Below, piece after piece: positions 1-9,786 of a DNA stretch of 64,000 bases; the first letter of the stretch is position 1; every line of letters starts with the position of its first letter. The notes beneath the pieces were generated by a model. The model did not search any database and was not told where the DNA came from. It was given only the letters and a program-made list of their open reading frames with translations. This DNA is from Candidatus Aenigmatarchaeota archaeon (GTDB taxonomy: Archaea > Aenigmatarchaeota > Aenigmatarchaeia > CG10238-14 > SpSt-28): assembly GCA_032249395.1 (NCBI GenBank), contig JAVVFY010000001.1, forward strand, positions 825 to 64,824. Reading direction: 5' to 3'. The position numbers and the translations under genes were made by a program.

Positions 1-750
1 AATTGGAGTTTTGTAAATGAGTAGATTTCTGAATAAGTAGCCTGATGGTATTAAAATGAGCAAAAGGAAGAATGGTAAATAGAGTTTTATTGTCGATAAA
101 TATTTCTTTTCTGAGAAAAGCTCATACAAAAAGTAAATTGAATAAATAGCATACAAAGTTAAAGCAAATTGGTTTGTTAACAAGGCTAATGAAGCAAAAA
201 TAGCAGACAAAAGAAAGAATCTTTTATTTCCTTCTTTAATGAAAACTAAAAAACTTAGGAAAGAGGCTGTTACAAGAAATAGAAGTAAGTCAGCATAGTA
301 AAATAAAACAGTGTAAGTCAAAACGCTTTGAAAGCTTATCAAAAGCAAGGAAGCAAAGAAAGCTGTAATTTCATCGCTAATTCTTTTAACTAAAGCGAAA
401 GTTAGCAAACCTAAGAAGAAAGTTATGATTAGAGTTATGATTTTGGCAACGATTTCGTTTATTCCAAAAATAAAGAAAAAGCTTGCTAGCAAAAAATTCC
501 AGAGAGGGGGTCTATAAAAACCATCTCTTATCAAAGCGCTTCCTTCAAAAGGAATGTACTTTGGATATTCTAAATTTCTAGCAATGTATCTTGCCATGCT
601 CGTATGGAAACCTTCATCCCCAAAAGAAATGTTTGTTGGCAAAACGACTTTCAACTCAAGGTAAAAGTATACAAAAGATATAAGTATCAAAAGAATTAAC
701 AAAGGAGATTTTATTGTAATTTCGATTTCTTTTTCGCTTTTTTGTTCCAT
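1..750 (-). CDS. Polytopic membrane glycosyltransferase, GT-C (PMT_2/ArnT-like), N-terminal part; the gene runs off the window at position 1
   Basis: Hand translation of the minus strand from the ATG (complement of 748-750) stays open to position 1: MEQKSEKEIEITIKSPLLILLILISFVYFYLELKVVLPTNISFGDEGFHTSMARYIARNLEYPKYIPFEG... This gives TM1, an acidic DE loop motif and then many hydrophobic helices. It is absent from the ORF track because there is no stop inside the window. Confidence 0.55.
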   Translation of the reverse strand, partial: MEQKSEKEIEITIKSPLLILLILISFVYFYLELKVVLPTNISFGDEGFHTSMARYIARNLEYPKYIPFEGSALIRDGFYRPPLWNFLLASFFFIFGINEIVAKIITLIITFFLGLLTFALVKRISDEITAFFASLLLISFQSVLTYTVLFYYADLLLFLVTASFLSFLVFIKEGNKRFFLLSAIFASLALLTNQFALTLYAIYSIYFLYELFSEKKYLSTIKLYLPFFLLLILIPSGYLFRNLLIYKTPI

Positions 751-779
751 TATTTCTTATTGCGAGTTTTAAATTAAAA

Positions 780-2867
780 ATGCAAAAATGGTTAATGAAA
801 TTTGATGCTAAGAGATTTGTAAATGAATACTGGGATTTGGGAATTCTCTTGTTAATTGTTTATATAGGTTTTAATATAAGAAGTATTAATGTTCCGGATA
901 TAGTTGCTGATTATGATCCATGGTGGTATTATAGGCATTCTGTTACAGTTCTTAAATATTGGTTTGACATGCCAAAATGGGACATTCTAAGTTTTTACCC
1001 TCCAGGAAGACCATATGAAGTTCATTTAGGAGTAGAATATACTTTAGTAATTTTCTACAAAATAATCAGTAATTTCGTTGAAATGACATTCATGCAATTC
1101 TTCATAATAGCTCCAGCAATAATTTCCGGCTTGTCAGCAATCCCAGCATATATTGCAACTCGCTACTTAACAAAAAGTAAAATTTCTGGATTATTCTCTG
1201 CATTTTTTGCAGTGTTAGCTCCATCTTTCATCGGTTATTCGGTTGCTGGCTATATGGATAGCAAAGCTTTTGTCGTTTTCTATTCTTTCCTATCGATTTT
1301 CTCTTTGATGTTTGCAATGAAAAGAAAAGACGTGATTGGTTATTTAACTGCAATTATCGTTAACTTGCTTTTCATTTACACTTGGTCCGGAGGAGGTTGG
1401 TATCCATTAATAGCATTTCTATTTTTCATTCCAGCGGTTCTAATATTCAGAATTTTTGAAGATATCATTCACAATAGGTCTTTGAAAGTGAATTTTAAAC
1501 CATTAATAGAAGAAGCAAAGTCTTTAGTTATTCCATTTTTGATTATTATAATCACAATAAATGTTATAACACAAATTTGGCTTAAAGAGAACATATTAAA
1601 TTCAATCTTAGCTGCTTTGGGTTTTGCTGGTTTTGTTCCTACTTTGTTAGTAAATATTTCAGTTGCGGAACTTCAAAGTATAAACATCTTCTCTTTAGAA
1701 GGTTTCCAAAGAGTTGCTAGTAGTGTTGGCTTCTTACCAACGATCTTAACTCTTTTTGGTTTGCCGCTTTTAATACTTTTCAAAATTTGGAGAAAAGAAA
1801 AAATAGCTTTTGAAGAGATTTTCCTATTCCTATTCGCTTTAGTAACTTTCTATATGATTTTGCACGGAGTAAGATTTGCTTTGATTTTCTCGGTTGCAAC
1901 TTCTTTGGCAGCAGGTTATGTCATTGGAAACTTTTACAATTATTTGAAATCTTATAGAAATCAATTCTTGATCGCTATTTTCTTTGGGATAATTTTGTTC
2001 TATTCTCTTGATTTGTTTTCAAATGCTTATGTTTTCGGCGAACAATACTCAAGAGGTTATGGTATAAGTGAAAATTGGAGAGATGCTCTAGATTGGTTAA
2101 AACAGCACGGCAATACAACAACTCTGGTTGCGACTTGGTGGGATCCAGGTCATATAATCGCTGGTTATACTGGCTTGAAAGTTCATGCAGACGGTGCTCA
2201 TTGTGGTCCAGGAGTTTGTATTCCTTACGATCACAACATAAGAATTCAAGACATGGGAAGAATTTTCTCTACTAGCAACGAAGAAGAGGCTTATAGCATT
2301 TTGAAAAAATATACTTACTTAACAAAAGAGCAATGCGATGAAGTTAAGAAAAAATATGGCAACATGATTTATGACAACATTTTGAAAGAAGATCCATGCA
2401 ATGTAAATATTACAAAAATTTACTTCATTGCTAGCAACGACTTGATTGGTAAATATTATTGGCTAACTTACTTTGGCACTGGAACAGGAAGACAATATGT
2501 TGTTTTGCCTTTAACGGGAAGAGATAATCAAGGCAACCTAGTTTATGGAAATGGTATTTTAACTCTAGCTTTTAAAGACGATAAAATTATTCCGATTTTA
2601 AACATACCATCTCAAGGAATTTTCAACATGGTTGTTAGAAAATTAGTTTTTGTGTACCAAGGAAATCAATATAACTTCGATTATTCAAACGTTACAAACA
2701 GAATAGACGGCTTAGTCTTTACGGATGGCACTACAGCAATATACATGGATCCTCAAACAGCTAATTCGATGTTTACAAAACTTTACTTTTTCAATGGCGA
2801 AGGCTTAAAATACTTTAAACTCGTTTACAGCAACCCAGAAGTAAAAATCTTCGAAGTAGATTTCTAA
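780..2867 (+). CDS. aglB: Archaeal oligosaccharyltransferase AglB (STT3 homolog), short form
   Basis: 695 aa. The N-terminal half has about 13 TM helices and is followed by a soluble domain. The catalytic-type motif is LVATWWDPGHIIAGY (a WWDYG variant), with an ISVAELQ (SVxE/TIxE-like) loop motif upstream. Confidence 0.85.
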   Translation: MQKWLMKFDAKRFVNEYWDLGILLLIVYIGFNIRSINVPDIVADYDPWWYYRHSVTVLKYWFDMPKWDILSFYPPGRPYEVHLGVEYTLVIFYKIISNFVEMTFMQFFIIAPAIISGLSAIPAYIATRYLTKSKISGLFSAFFAVLAPSFIGYSVAGYMDSKAFVVFYSFLSIFSLMFAMKRKDVIGYLTAIIVNLLFIYTWSGGGWYPLIAFLFFIPAVLIFRIFEDIIHNRSLKVNFKPLIEEAKSLVIPFLIIIITINVITQIWLKENILNSILAALGFAGFVPTLLVNISVAELQSINIFSLEGFQRVASSVGFLPTILTLFGLPLLILFKIWRKEKIAFEEIFLFLFALVTFYMILHGVRFALIFSVATSLAAGYVIGNFYNYLKSYRNQFLIAIFFGIILFYSLDLFSNAYVFGEQYSRGYGISENWRDALDWLKQHGNTTTLVATWWDPGHIIAGYTGLKVHADGAHCGPGVCIPYDHNIRIQDMGRIFSTSNEEEAYSILKKYTYLTKEQCDEVKKKYGNMIYDNILKEDPCNVNITKIYFIASNDLIGKYYWLTYFGTGTGRQYVVLPLTGRDNQGNLVYGNGILTLAFKDDKIIPILNIPSQGIFNMVVRKLVFVYQGNQYNFDYSNVTNRIDGLVFTDGTTAIYMDPQTANSMFTKLYFFNGEGLKYFKLVYSNPEVKIFEVDF

Positions 2868-2890
2868 AGAAAAAATAAAAAAGAAAAAAT

Positions 2891-4177
2891 TTACTCTAAG
2901 CCATTCTTTGTAATCTTTTCTGCTCCATTCAAATAAGGTCTCAAAACTTTTGGTATTATTATGCTTCCATCCTCTTGCTGATAATTTTCCATTATTGCAA
3001 TAATTGCTCTTTCTGTAGCTACTAATGTTGAATTCAATGTATGAACATATTTTATCTCATTTCCTTCTCTGAATCTTATATTAGCTCTTCTTGCCTGATA
3101 ATCCGTACAATTGCTACATGAGACAACTTCTCTGTACTTTCCTTGTCCAGGCAACCAAGCTTCTATATCATACTTTTTAGCCGCTATACTTCCTATGTCC
3201 CCGCTGCAAATGTTAACAACTCTATATGGAATTCCTAAACTTTGGAAGAATTCTTCAGCATTTTTCAACAAAACTTCATGCCAATGCCAGCTTTCCTCCG
3301 GCTTGCAAAAGACAAACTGCTCTACTTTTTCGAATTGATGAACTCTGAAAATTCCTTTTGTATCTTTACCATGAGTACCTGCTTCTTTTCTAAAGCAAGG
3401 TGAAATTCCAGCATAGAGCAACGGTAAATCTTTTCCATCAAGAATTTCATTCATGTGGTAAGCTAGTAAAGCATGTTCTGCTGTTCCAATCAAATATAAA
3501 TCTTCTCCATCAATCTTGTAAATCATGTCTTGAAAATCTTGGAAAGCTATTGCACCCTCTAAAGCTTCCCTTCTAATCATGTATGGAGGTTGAAATAGTT
3601 GAAAACCTCTTTTCTTTATGAAATCCAATCCATACTTTATCAAAGCCCAGTTCAATTCTACTAAAGCGTTTTTCAAATAATAAAATCTAGCTCCTGCAAC
3701 CTTAGCTGCTCTTTCTATGTCCATCAAATCTAAAGGCAGTCCTAAATCTTGATGGTCTTTTGGCTTAAAGTTAAATTTTGGAATTTCACCCCAAGTTTTT
3801 ACTACAACGTTATCGTTCTCATCTTTTCCAATTGGAACACTCTCGTGCAAGATGTTTGGTAAAGTCATTAGAATTTCTCTTATTCTATTTTCTTTTTCTT
3901 CAACTTTTTCTTCTAATTCTTTAATTTTTTTTGGAAGTTCTTTTGCTTTTTCTAATAAGTCTGAGACATCTTTTCCTTCTTTCTTAAACTTTGCTATCTT
4001 TTGGCTTATTTCATTTCTTTCTCTTCTAAGATTGTTTAATTCGCTGATTTCTTTTCTCCATTGTTTATCTAATTCTATAACTTCTTCCAAGAGTTTTATT
4101 TTCTCTAAATCATTTCTTTTCTCCAAGTCCTTTCTAACAATCTCGGGGTTTTGTCTAATTAGATTTATGTCTAACAT
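2891..4177 (-). CDS. serS: Seryl-tRNA synthetase
   Basis: MLDINLIRQNPE start, an N-terminal coiled-coil arm and a class II core (FRKEAG, GDLGSIAAKKYDIEAW, NSTLVATERAIIAIMENYQ). Confidence 0.95.
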   Translation of the reverse strand: MLDINLIRQNPEIVRKDLEKRNDLEKIKLLEEVIELDKQWRKEISELNNLRRERNEISQKIAKFKKEGKDVSDLLEKAKELPKKIKELEEKVEEKENRIREILMTLPNILHESVPIGKDENDNVVVKTWGEIPKFNFKPKDHQDLGLPLDLMDIERAAKVAGARFYYLKNALVELNWALIKYGLDFIKKRGFQLFQPPYMIRREALEGAIAFQDFQDMIYKIDGEDLYLIGTAEHALLAYHMNEILDGKDLPLLYAGISPCFRKEAGTHGKDTKGIFRVHQFEKVEQFVFCKPEESWHWHEVLLKNAEEFFQSLGIPYRVVNICSGDIGSIAAKKYDIEAWLPGQGKYREVVSCSNCTDYQARRANIRFREGNEIKYVHTLNSTLVATERAIIAIMENYQQEDGSIIIPKVLRPYLNGAEKITKNGLE

Positions 4178-4315
4178 TTAAACACCTCCTTTTTTGTAAA
4201 CCTTGAAGAGAAAGAGTGGGAAAAATCAAAGAATTCTAGTTGAAAATTGCGGATTGGAGTGACATCACCATATTTTTTATTCTCTAGAAGCTTTAAAAGC
4301 ATTTATTTATAAGTC

Positions 4316-4552
4316 TTGCAGCCAAATATTATTATGGCAAGGAAAGCTTCAAGGAAGGAAGACAAACCAAGGTTTTTAAATATAGCTTCTATAGCAATAA
4401 TTTTAATAGGACTTTTAATTCTCTTGGCAACAGCATTAACGTGGCAGCCATACGATGTCTCCTCTTTAGCAACGAAAGTAAACCTTTTAACTCTTTCAAT
4501 AGGAATTCTTTATATGCTTTTTGGTCTTGTATTATTAAGGTCAAAATTCTAG
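4316..4552 (+). CDS. Small membrane protein, unknown function
   Basis: 78-aa ORF with two hydrophobic helices. There is no recognisable family. The overlapping 4441..4713 ORF is antisense to hsp20. Confidence 0.3.
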   Translation: MQPNIIMARKASRKEDKPRFLNIASIAIILIGLLILLATALTWQPYDVSSLATKVNLLTLSIGILYMLFGLVLLRSKF

Positions 4553-4553
4553 T

Positions 4554-4973
4554 TTACTCAACTTTTATTTCTTTCCCTTTCTTCTTTTCTTTCTTCGGTA
4601 GAATTACTTCTAGAACTCCATCTTTCAACCTTGCTTTTGCTTTATCGGCTTCAACCTCTACTGGTAAGCTTATTAGCCTTCTAAAACTACCAACCTTTCT
4701 TTCCACTCTGTAAAATTTCTCTCCTCTTTCTTCTATTTTTTCTCTATGCTTTGCTTCTATTTCTAAACTATTTTCTGTTGCCCTTACAGATACTTCTTCC
4801 TTAGAAAATCCTGGCAAGTCTGCTCTAACTATTATCTCATTCTCTGTTTCGCTAATGTCTACAGGAAAGCTTTCTACTTCTTCGAAAGTCGCTACAGAAC
4901 CGAAAGATTTCATTAACCTTTCAATCCTTCTTCTCATTCTCACCAATTCATCAAAAATGTCTTCTTCAAACAT
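4554..4973 (-). CDS. Small heat-shock protein, Hsp20/alpha-crystallin family
   Basis: Alpha-crystallin domain: IIVRADLPGFSKEEVSVRATENSLEIEAKH...FRRLISLPVEVEADKAKARLKDGVLEVILPKK. Confidence 0.85.
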   Translation of the reverse strand: MFEEDIFDELVRMRRRIERLMKSFGSVATFEEVESFPVDISETENEIIVRADLPGFSKEEVSVRATENSLEIEAKHREKIEERGEKFYRVERKVGSFRRLISLPVEVEADKAKARLKDGVLEVILPKKEKKKGKEIKVE

Positions 4974-4982
4974 AATATAAAA

Positions 4983-5189
4983 TTAGCTTAACTCCTTAAT
5001 AACTTTTGCATCTATCAATTCTCCTTTTCCACCAGTTGGTATTAAAAGAATTGCTCCACAATTCAAACATTTAACTTCTGTGGAGGGCTTATCAAAAACT
5101 ATTTGTTGATGTTTACATTTTTTACACATTACTTTTAGGAACTTACTCCTCGGCATCTCAATAATCTTTTTCATAATATTATTCCCCAT
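4983..5189 (-). CDS. rps27e: Ribosomal protein S27e (eS27)
   Basis: Zinc ribbon KVMCKKCKHQQIVFDKPSTEVKCLNCGAILLIPTGGKGEL. The true start is probably an internal Met (MPRSKF). Confidence 0.85.
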   Translation of the reverse strand: MGNNIMKKIIEMPRSKFLKVMCKKCKHQQIVFDKPSTEVKCLNCGAILLIPTGGKGELIDAKVIKELS

Positions 5190-5205
5190 TCTAAATAATT
5201 TAAAA

Positions 5206-5493
5206 TTATTTTCCTTTTTCTACCAGTTCAAACTTTTTAGCTCTCCATCCTTCAATGAAGTGAGATTTTTTGCATTCTTGACATGTTAATTTTATGTTTA
5301 CTTTTTTTGTAGATTTCTCTCTATTTTTTGGGTTTTCTTTTGGAAAGCTTCCATATCCTTTCATCTTTCTAAGAAATCTTCTCTGACCTATAGCTAAAGT
5401 TCTTCTAGGTTTCTTTTTAACCAACTCTACTTTGTGTTCTGAATGTTTCCTACAATATGGGCAATACTTCCTTATTTTTTTTGGGAATTTCAT
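5206..5493 (-). CDS. rpl44e: Ribosomal protein L44e (eL42)
   Basis: MKFPKKIRKYCPYCRKHSEHKVELVKKKPRR...CQECKKSH, a basic protein with the typical CxxC...CxxC pattern. Confidence 0.85.
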   Translation of the reverse strand: MKFPKKIRKYCPYCRKHSEHKVELVKKKPRRTLAIGQRRFLRKMKGYGSFPKENPKNREKSTKKVNIKLTCQECKKSHFIEGWRAKKFELVEKGK

Positions 5494-5503
5494 TATCTAT
5501 TGT

Positions 5504-6043
5504 CTATTTTTCAACTTTAAATTCTTCAACTACACCTTTCTCAACTAATATTTTCCTATTTTCTTCCGGCAATTTTGCTATATCCCCCCTTTTAAAAGGT
5601 CCATAAGTTTGCCCGTCTATCCCTACAAAAGCGGGGAAATCTTGCTTAAAAACAACTAAAATTTCAAATTCTTTCTTTTCCTCTTTTTCTTCGAGAGCGG
5701 CTTTTATATTTTTCAGTATTTCTCTTCTACTATTTATCAATTCAACCAATTTATCAAAAAAAACTTTTTCTTCAGAGGTTAAGTTTGATGGTTGAACTCC
5801 AGCTCTAGCATACATTATAGCAAAATTAACAATCTTTCTTTCTCTCAAATTGAAAATGTTTTCTACAATTCTCTCAATGTTCCTTAATTCTATTTCATCT
5901 TTTCTCTCTTTTGCCAACTTTTTCTTTCCCTCTATGTATTGTTTAACAACTTCGTAGAAATCTTCAGGAATTTTAGTAAGATTCGGGTTTTTCTTTTCTT
6001 CGTTCAAAATCTTTCTCAAATACTCAAAGCTTATCGCTTCCAT
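5504..6043 (-). CDS. GINS subunit (Gins51/Gins15-like)
   Basis: 179 aa. Helical A-domain start (LRKILNEEKKNPNLTKIPEDFYEVVKQYI) and a C-terminal beta B-domain (VVFKQDFPAFVGIDGQTYGPFKRGDIAKLPEENRKILVEKGV). It lies directly downstream of the primase gene, which is a conserved archaeal pairing. Confidence 0.6.
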   Translation of the reverse strand: MEAISFEYLRKILNEEKKNPNLTKIPEDFYEVVKQYIEGKKKLAKERKDEIELRNIERIVENIFNLRERKIVNFAIMYARAGVQPSNLTSEEKVFFDKLVELINSRREILKNIKAALEEKEEKKEFEILVVFKQDFPAFVGIDGQTYGPFKRGDIAKLPEENRKILVEKGVVEEFKVEK

Positions 6044-6046
6044 ATT

Positions 6047-7345
6047 TTATTTTTTCTTCTTTCTTCTTTTCAATATTAGGAAAGGATAATTAACAGGATT
6101 TTTAAACCCAAGTTTTGAACATTCATTGCAAAATTCTTTAAGCCCCATGTCTTCGTAAAAGCTTTTATTATCGCAGTTTGGTGGCAATAGGTTTCTATCT
6201 TGTCTAAAATGCCACCTCAATTGAGTTCTCAAATAATTAACTCTTAAAGGCGGTTTATTTTTTTCATTCCACTCATACATTTTCTTTTCTATTTCTTCCA
6301 TGCTCCAATTCATGTTTCTCAAAAATGTTACTAAAATGAATATAGCTCTCTTTCTTCCATCACTAAGTCCCTCCAAAATCTTCTTTATACAAGGAGGGAA
6401 AAATTCCTCAGGGATTTTACTCTTTTTACCTATTGGTTTTTTTGGTAATTTTGATGTTTCGACTATTGCAGTCTCCTCTTCCTTATGGTATTTCTCATAC
6501 CAATCTAAAGCCTCAATTACTAAACTTGTTGCGTCTTCTTTGGCTAGAATCTTAATAAAGCTTTCTTCAACTTTTGCTCTTTTTATTTCTGCTTGCTCTT
6601 TCTCAAAAGAATCTATTTCTTCTATTTTTATTGGCAAACTAACTAGCATTGTGTTCTCATTAAGGCTATATGGCATTCTGAATAGGTGTCTAGAACCAAA
6701 TATGTCAACTGTTACGACTTTGAAAGGATCTAGTTCATCATTTATGAGTATCTCTTTCAATGGTTTGCCTATTCTTTGTGAAATGTTATTTGGATTGTCA
6801 ATAGATAGAAAGGCTTCTTTTAACTCATCCTTAATATACCATTTTAAATACTCAATAATTTTTTGAGAAAGTTCTGGATACAAATTTTTTGTTGGTATTC
6901 CATTTACTTTAGAAGGGAAAGACTCAAATGGTACAATAACATGAAAAGACTTTCCACCCGAAAATTTTACCCCAATATTCTTTACTCCGTGATCTTTCAA
7001 AGCATCTATGAACTTTTTTGTTGCTATTTTAGCTATTTCGAAATCTTTCACATCTAAATCAATTAGCAAGTCCCAACCAATTCTCAAATTGTCTAACTCT
7101 TCTCTTTTCATTCCAACATCCAATCTCATAGGATTTTCCCATCTTTCAACAGAAGAATGAAAAGCCACAGTACCTTCTGCTATAGCTTGTAAAACATCCC
7201 CATCATAATTTAGAGAATCTGGTCTTCTTCCATAGCTCCCATCAGAAAAAACGGAAACCACTTCTCTATTCTTCGCAAATTCGAGTATAGCTTTTCTAAC
7301 TTTCTCTCTCGAATACCAATTCCAAACTTGGATAAAATCTACCAT
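6047..7345 (-). CDS. priS: DNA primase, PriS catalytic domain fused to a PriL C-terminal (Fe-S) domain
   Basis: AEP motifs LLIDLDVKD, FSGGKSFHVIVP and RHLFRMPYSLNENT. The C-terminal ~120 aa carry FFPPCIKKILEGLSDGRKRAIFILVTFL...LPPNCDNKSF...FCNECS (four Cys, PriL-CTD-like). I start it at the Met of MVDFIQVWNWY (7345). The 53 codons upstream in the tracked ORF are low complexity and would overlap the divergent minD. Confidence 0.8.
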   Translation of the reverse strand: MVDFIQVWNWYSREKVRKAILEFAKNREVVSVFSDGSYGRRPDSLNYDGDVLQAIAEGTVAFHSSVERWENPMRLDVGMKREELDNLRIGWDLLIDLDVKDFEIAKIATKKFIDALKDHGVKNIGVKFSGGKSFHVIVPFESFPSKVNGIPTKNLYPELSQKIIEYLKWYIKDELKEAFLSIDNPNNISQRIGKPLKEILINDELDPFKVVTVDIFGSRHLFRMPYSLNENTMLVSLPIKIEEIDSFEKEQAEIKRAKVEESFIKILAKEDATSLVIEALDWYEKYHKEEETAIVETSKLPKKPIGKKSKIPEEFFPPCIKKILEGLSDGRKRAIFILVTFLRNMNWSMEEIEKKMYEWNEKNKPPLRVNYLRTQLRWHFRQDRNLLPPNCDNKSFYEDMGLKEFCNECSKLGFKNPVNYPFLILKRRKKKK

Positions 7346-7416
7346 TATACACCTTGGAGCTAGAAGAGCTCCAATTAATAGTTCTTTGAAAAGTTTAATA
7401 GCTTTAAACTCTAAAT

Positions 7417-8175
7417 TTGAAAATGAGAGTAATAAGTGTGTTGTCCGGAAAAGGAGGAGTAGGAAAAACAACAATAACGGCAAATCTTTCTGCAGCCTTA
7501 GCAAAACTTGGATATGATGTCGTTGCTCTAGACGCCAACTTGACTACACCAAACCTAGGAATTCATTTTGGAGTCCATTTAGCTGATATAACGTTGCACG
7601 ACATTTTGAAAAATACAGAGTTGCTTAGAGAGGGAATATACATTTATCCAGGAGGAGTTAAAGTAATTCCAGGAAGTTTGAGCGTAGAAGATATAGTAAA
7701 TGTAGATCCTTCAAATCTTTCAAAAGTTATTGCGAATTTGACTTCGGATTTCGTTTTTGTAGACTCAGCTGCTGGCTTAGGGAAAGAAGCCTTAGCATCC
7801 TTAAGCGTTAGTGATGAGATTTTAGTTGTTACTAATCCAGATTTGCCTTCAGTTGCAGACGCTTTAAGAGCAATTAAGGTTGCTGAAAAATTAGGTAAAA
7901 AAATTACTGGGGTTATTTTGAATAGAGTTGGTAGATTACCAAACGAGTTGAAAAAAGTTGATGTTGAGAGCGTTTTAAGTTACCCTGTAATAGCTCAAAT
8001 ACCGGAAGACAAATTGGTTCAAAAATCTATAAACGAGAGAAAACCATTGATTTACGCATATCCAAATTCAAAAGCAGCAATAGAAATACAAAACTTAGCG
8101 TTCAAGCTAATAGGAAGTAATTACAGAATACAGCAAAGTCTTTTAGACAGAATATTTTCATGGGTTAGATTCTGA
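7417..8175 (+). CDS. minD: MinD/ParA-family P-loop ATPase
   Basis: Deviant Walker A SGKGGVGKTTITANLS and Walker B FVFVDSAAG; 252 aa. Confidence 0.8.
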   Translation: MKMRVISVLSGKGGVGKTTITANLSAALAKLGYDVVALDANLTTPNLGIHFGVHLADITLHDILKNTELLREGIYIYPGGVKVIPGSLSVEDIVNVDPSNLSKVIANLTSDFVFVDSAAGLGKEALASLSVSDEILVVTNPDLPSVADALRAIKVAEKLGKKITGVILNRVGRLPNELKKVDVESVLSYPVIAQIPEDKLVQKSINERKPLIYAYPNSKAAIEIQNLAFKLIGSNYRIQQSLLDRIFSWVRF

Positions 8176-9786
8176 AATTTTCATTTCCAAAGCAGCAACA
8201 GGAATATAAACCTTGAAATTCTCAAGTACTTGTGGATTTATTTCTCCAAAGAACCCTATTTCTTCTCCGGCACTATAAATCCTAGCAAACCTACCCTCGA
8301 TAAAACTCGAATGCTTATCATCTCTAAACTCGACATTAATTTTCATTTTCTTTGCAATCTCTAAAGCAATTCTCTTCATTTCTGCAAAGAACGAACCATT
8401 AGCTGCTATTACTGCAGAAACTTTTCTAATTTCTTTTGCTCCGTTTTCTGATTTTTTATCAGGTAAAACAACATCGCCAACTTCAAAAATTTTTTGTGGA
8501 TAGGGTTCTTTTGTGTTTTTTGATAAGAAATCCATTAAACTTGGCAGCAACCAAACTCTCATTTGAGTGTAAAGTTCCGAAACAGGATTTTTTATATTAA
8601 TTGCTTCTCCTTCTATCAACATCTTTTTGAATTGAAGTTCTTCGTTAGTCAATATTGGTCTAACAATTTCCTGAAAGCCAAAGCCAATCATCAATTCTCT
8701 GATTTCGTCAGAAATTCTTTCTATTTCTGTAAGTTCACCTTTTGTAAAAACATTTGGTAGCTCTGGGGTAAAATTGTTGTATCCATATGCTATTGCTATA
8801 TCTTCAATAACATCAGTTTCTGAGAATACATCAAATCTATAAGGAGGGACTATTGCTATAACTTTATCTTTTTCAAAAACACTCTTGTAGCCCATTTTCT
8901 TTAGTAGTTTCTTTAGCTCATCATCTTTAAACTTTTCTCCTAGAAACTTTTCTATTTTTTTCTTTTCAATTTCAATTGGAGTCTCAATCCATTCTGGGGT
9001 AAACAATTCTCTCTTTCCTCTTATCTTTACACCCTCTATCTTACATCCCATCTCACCGAACATTAATACAAGAATGTTTGTCACTTGTTTAACAGCATTT
9101 CTATCAATTCCTGTAACATCAACAAAAATGTTTTTTGTGTTTTCTGTTATTTTCGTTCTATCAGAGTTCAAGATAGGAGGAAAACTAAATATTCCTTTAT
9201 TATCGACAAAGGCTGGCCACTTGTTTGCGTTTATTATTAAGTCAGCATATCTTTTTCCTTTTTCAGTTTTCGCCAATACATCAATCAAACTCATTTCTTC
9301 TCTCTCTCCAAGAGGAACAAATTTTTCATTTCTAGAAACACCCTTATACCAAATTTCTCCTTCTATCTTGTCAAGATCGTGCAAACCAATTGCAACTTTT
9401 TTTCTCTTTCTTCCAATAGTTTCGTGTAATATTTCTTGAGTATTCATTAAGCTCTTTATTGTATCATCATCAAGCTTCACATTTCTAACAATAAAACAAG
9501 CTATATAAGGTCTTACAGGGACTTCCTCTTGTTTTACAACTACCTTAGAATCATAAATTTTTATTTCAGGAGAATCTAAACCAATAAAATCTCTTAATAC
9601 TCTTGCAAATCCTTCTAGAACAAACATATCGCTTCTATCGGCAGTTAACTCAACTTTTATCTCATTCTCGCTTATCTCTTCAACGTTAGATTTCAGGCTA
9701 TTTATCAATTCTTCCAATTCTCTATCTTTCAAATTCTTTCCAATTAGTTTAAGTAGTCTTTTTTTATCAAATGTTATTGTCGGCAT
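8158..9786 (-). CDS. pheT: Phenylalanyl-tRNA synthetase beta subunit (archaeal type)
   Basis: MPTITFDKKRLLKLIGKNL...ELTADRSDMF start typical of archaeal PheT; 542 aa; directly downstream of pheS. Confidence 0.9.
   Translation of the reverse strand: MPTITFDKKRLLKLIGKNLKDRELEELINSLKSNVEEISENEIKVELTADRSDMFVLEGFARVLRDFIGLDSPEIKIYDSKVVVKQEEVPVRPYIACFIVRNVKLDDDTIKSLMNTQEILHETIGRKRKKVAIGLHDLDKIEGEIWYKGVSRNEKFVPLGEREEMSLIDVLAKTEKGKRYADLIINANKWPAFVDNKGIFSFPPILNSDRTKITENTKNIFVDVTGIDRNAVKQVTNILVLMFGEMGCKIEGVKIRGKRELFTPEWIETPIEIEKKKIEKFLGEKFKDDELKKLLKKMGYKSVFEKDKVIAIVPPYRFDVFSETDVIEDIAIAYGYNNFTPELPNVFTKGELTEIERISDEIRELMIGFGFQEIVRPILTNEELQFKKMLIEGEAINIKNPVSELYTQMRVWLLPSLMDFLSKNTKEPYPQKIFEVGDVVLPDKKSENGAKEIRKVSAVIAANGSFFAEMKRIALEIAKKMKINVEFRDDKHSSFIEGRFARIYSAGEEIGFFGEINPQVLENFKVYIPVAALEMKISESNP

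Noticed and set aside
3852-4181. Antisense ORFs inside serS (3852..4181, 3111..3338), the primase gene (6300..6866, 6863..7057), pheT, pheS, trpS, eno, rpl14, cdc48, the GH99-like gene and others
   Set aside because: All lie opposite genes with strong family signatures, and their products are low-complexity F/S/L/I strings typical of AT-rich antisense frames.
7346-7504. 53-codon N-terminal extension of the primase ORF in the track
   Set aside because: The sequence (MLRLQKDLPLLLFFLLLLFRTTHLLL...) has no homology signal and would overlap the divergent minD start. The Met at 7345 begins the conserved part.
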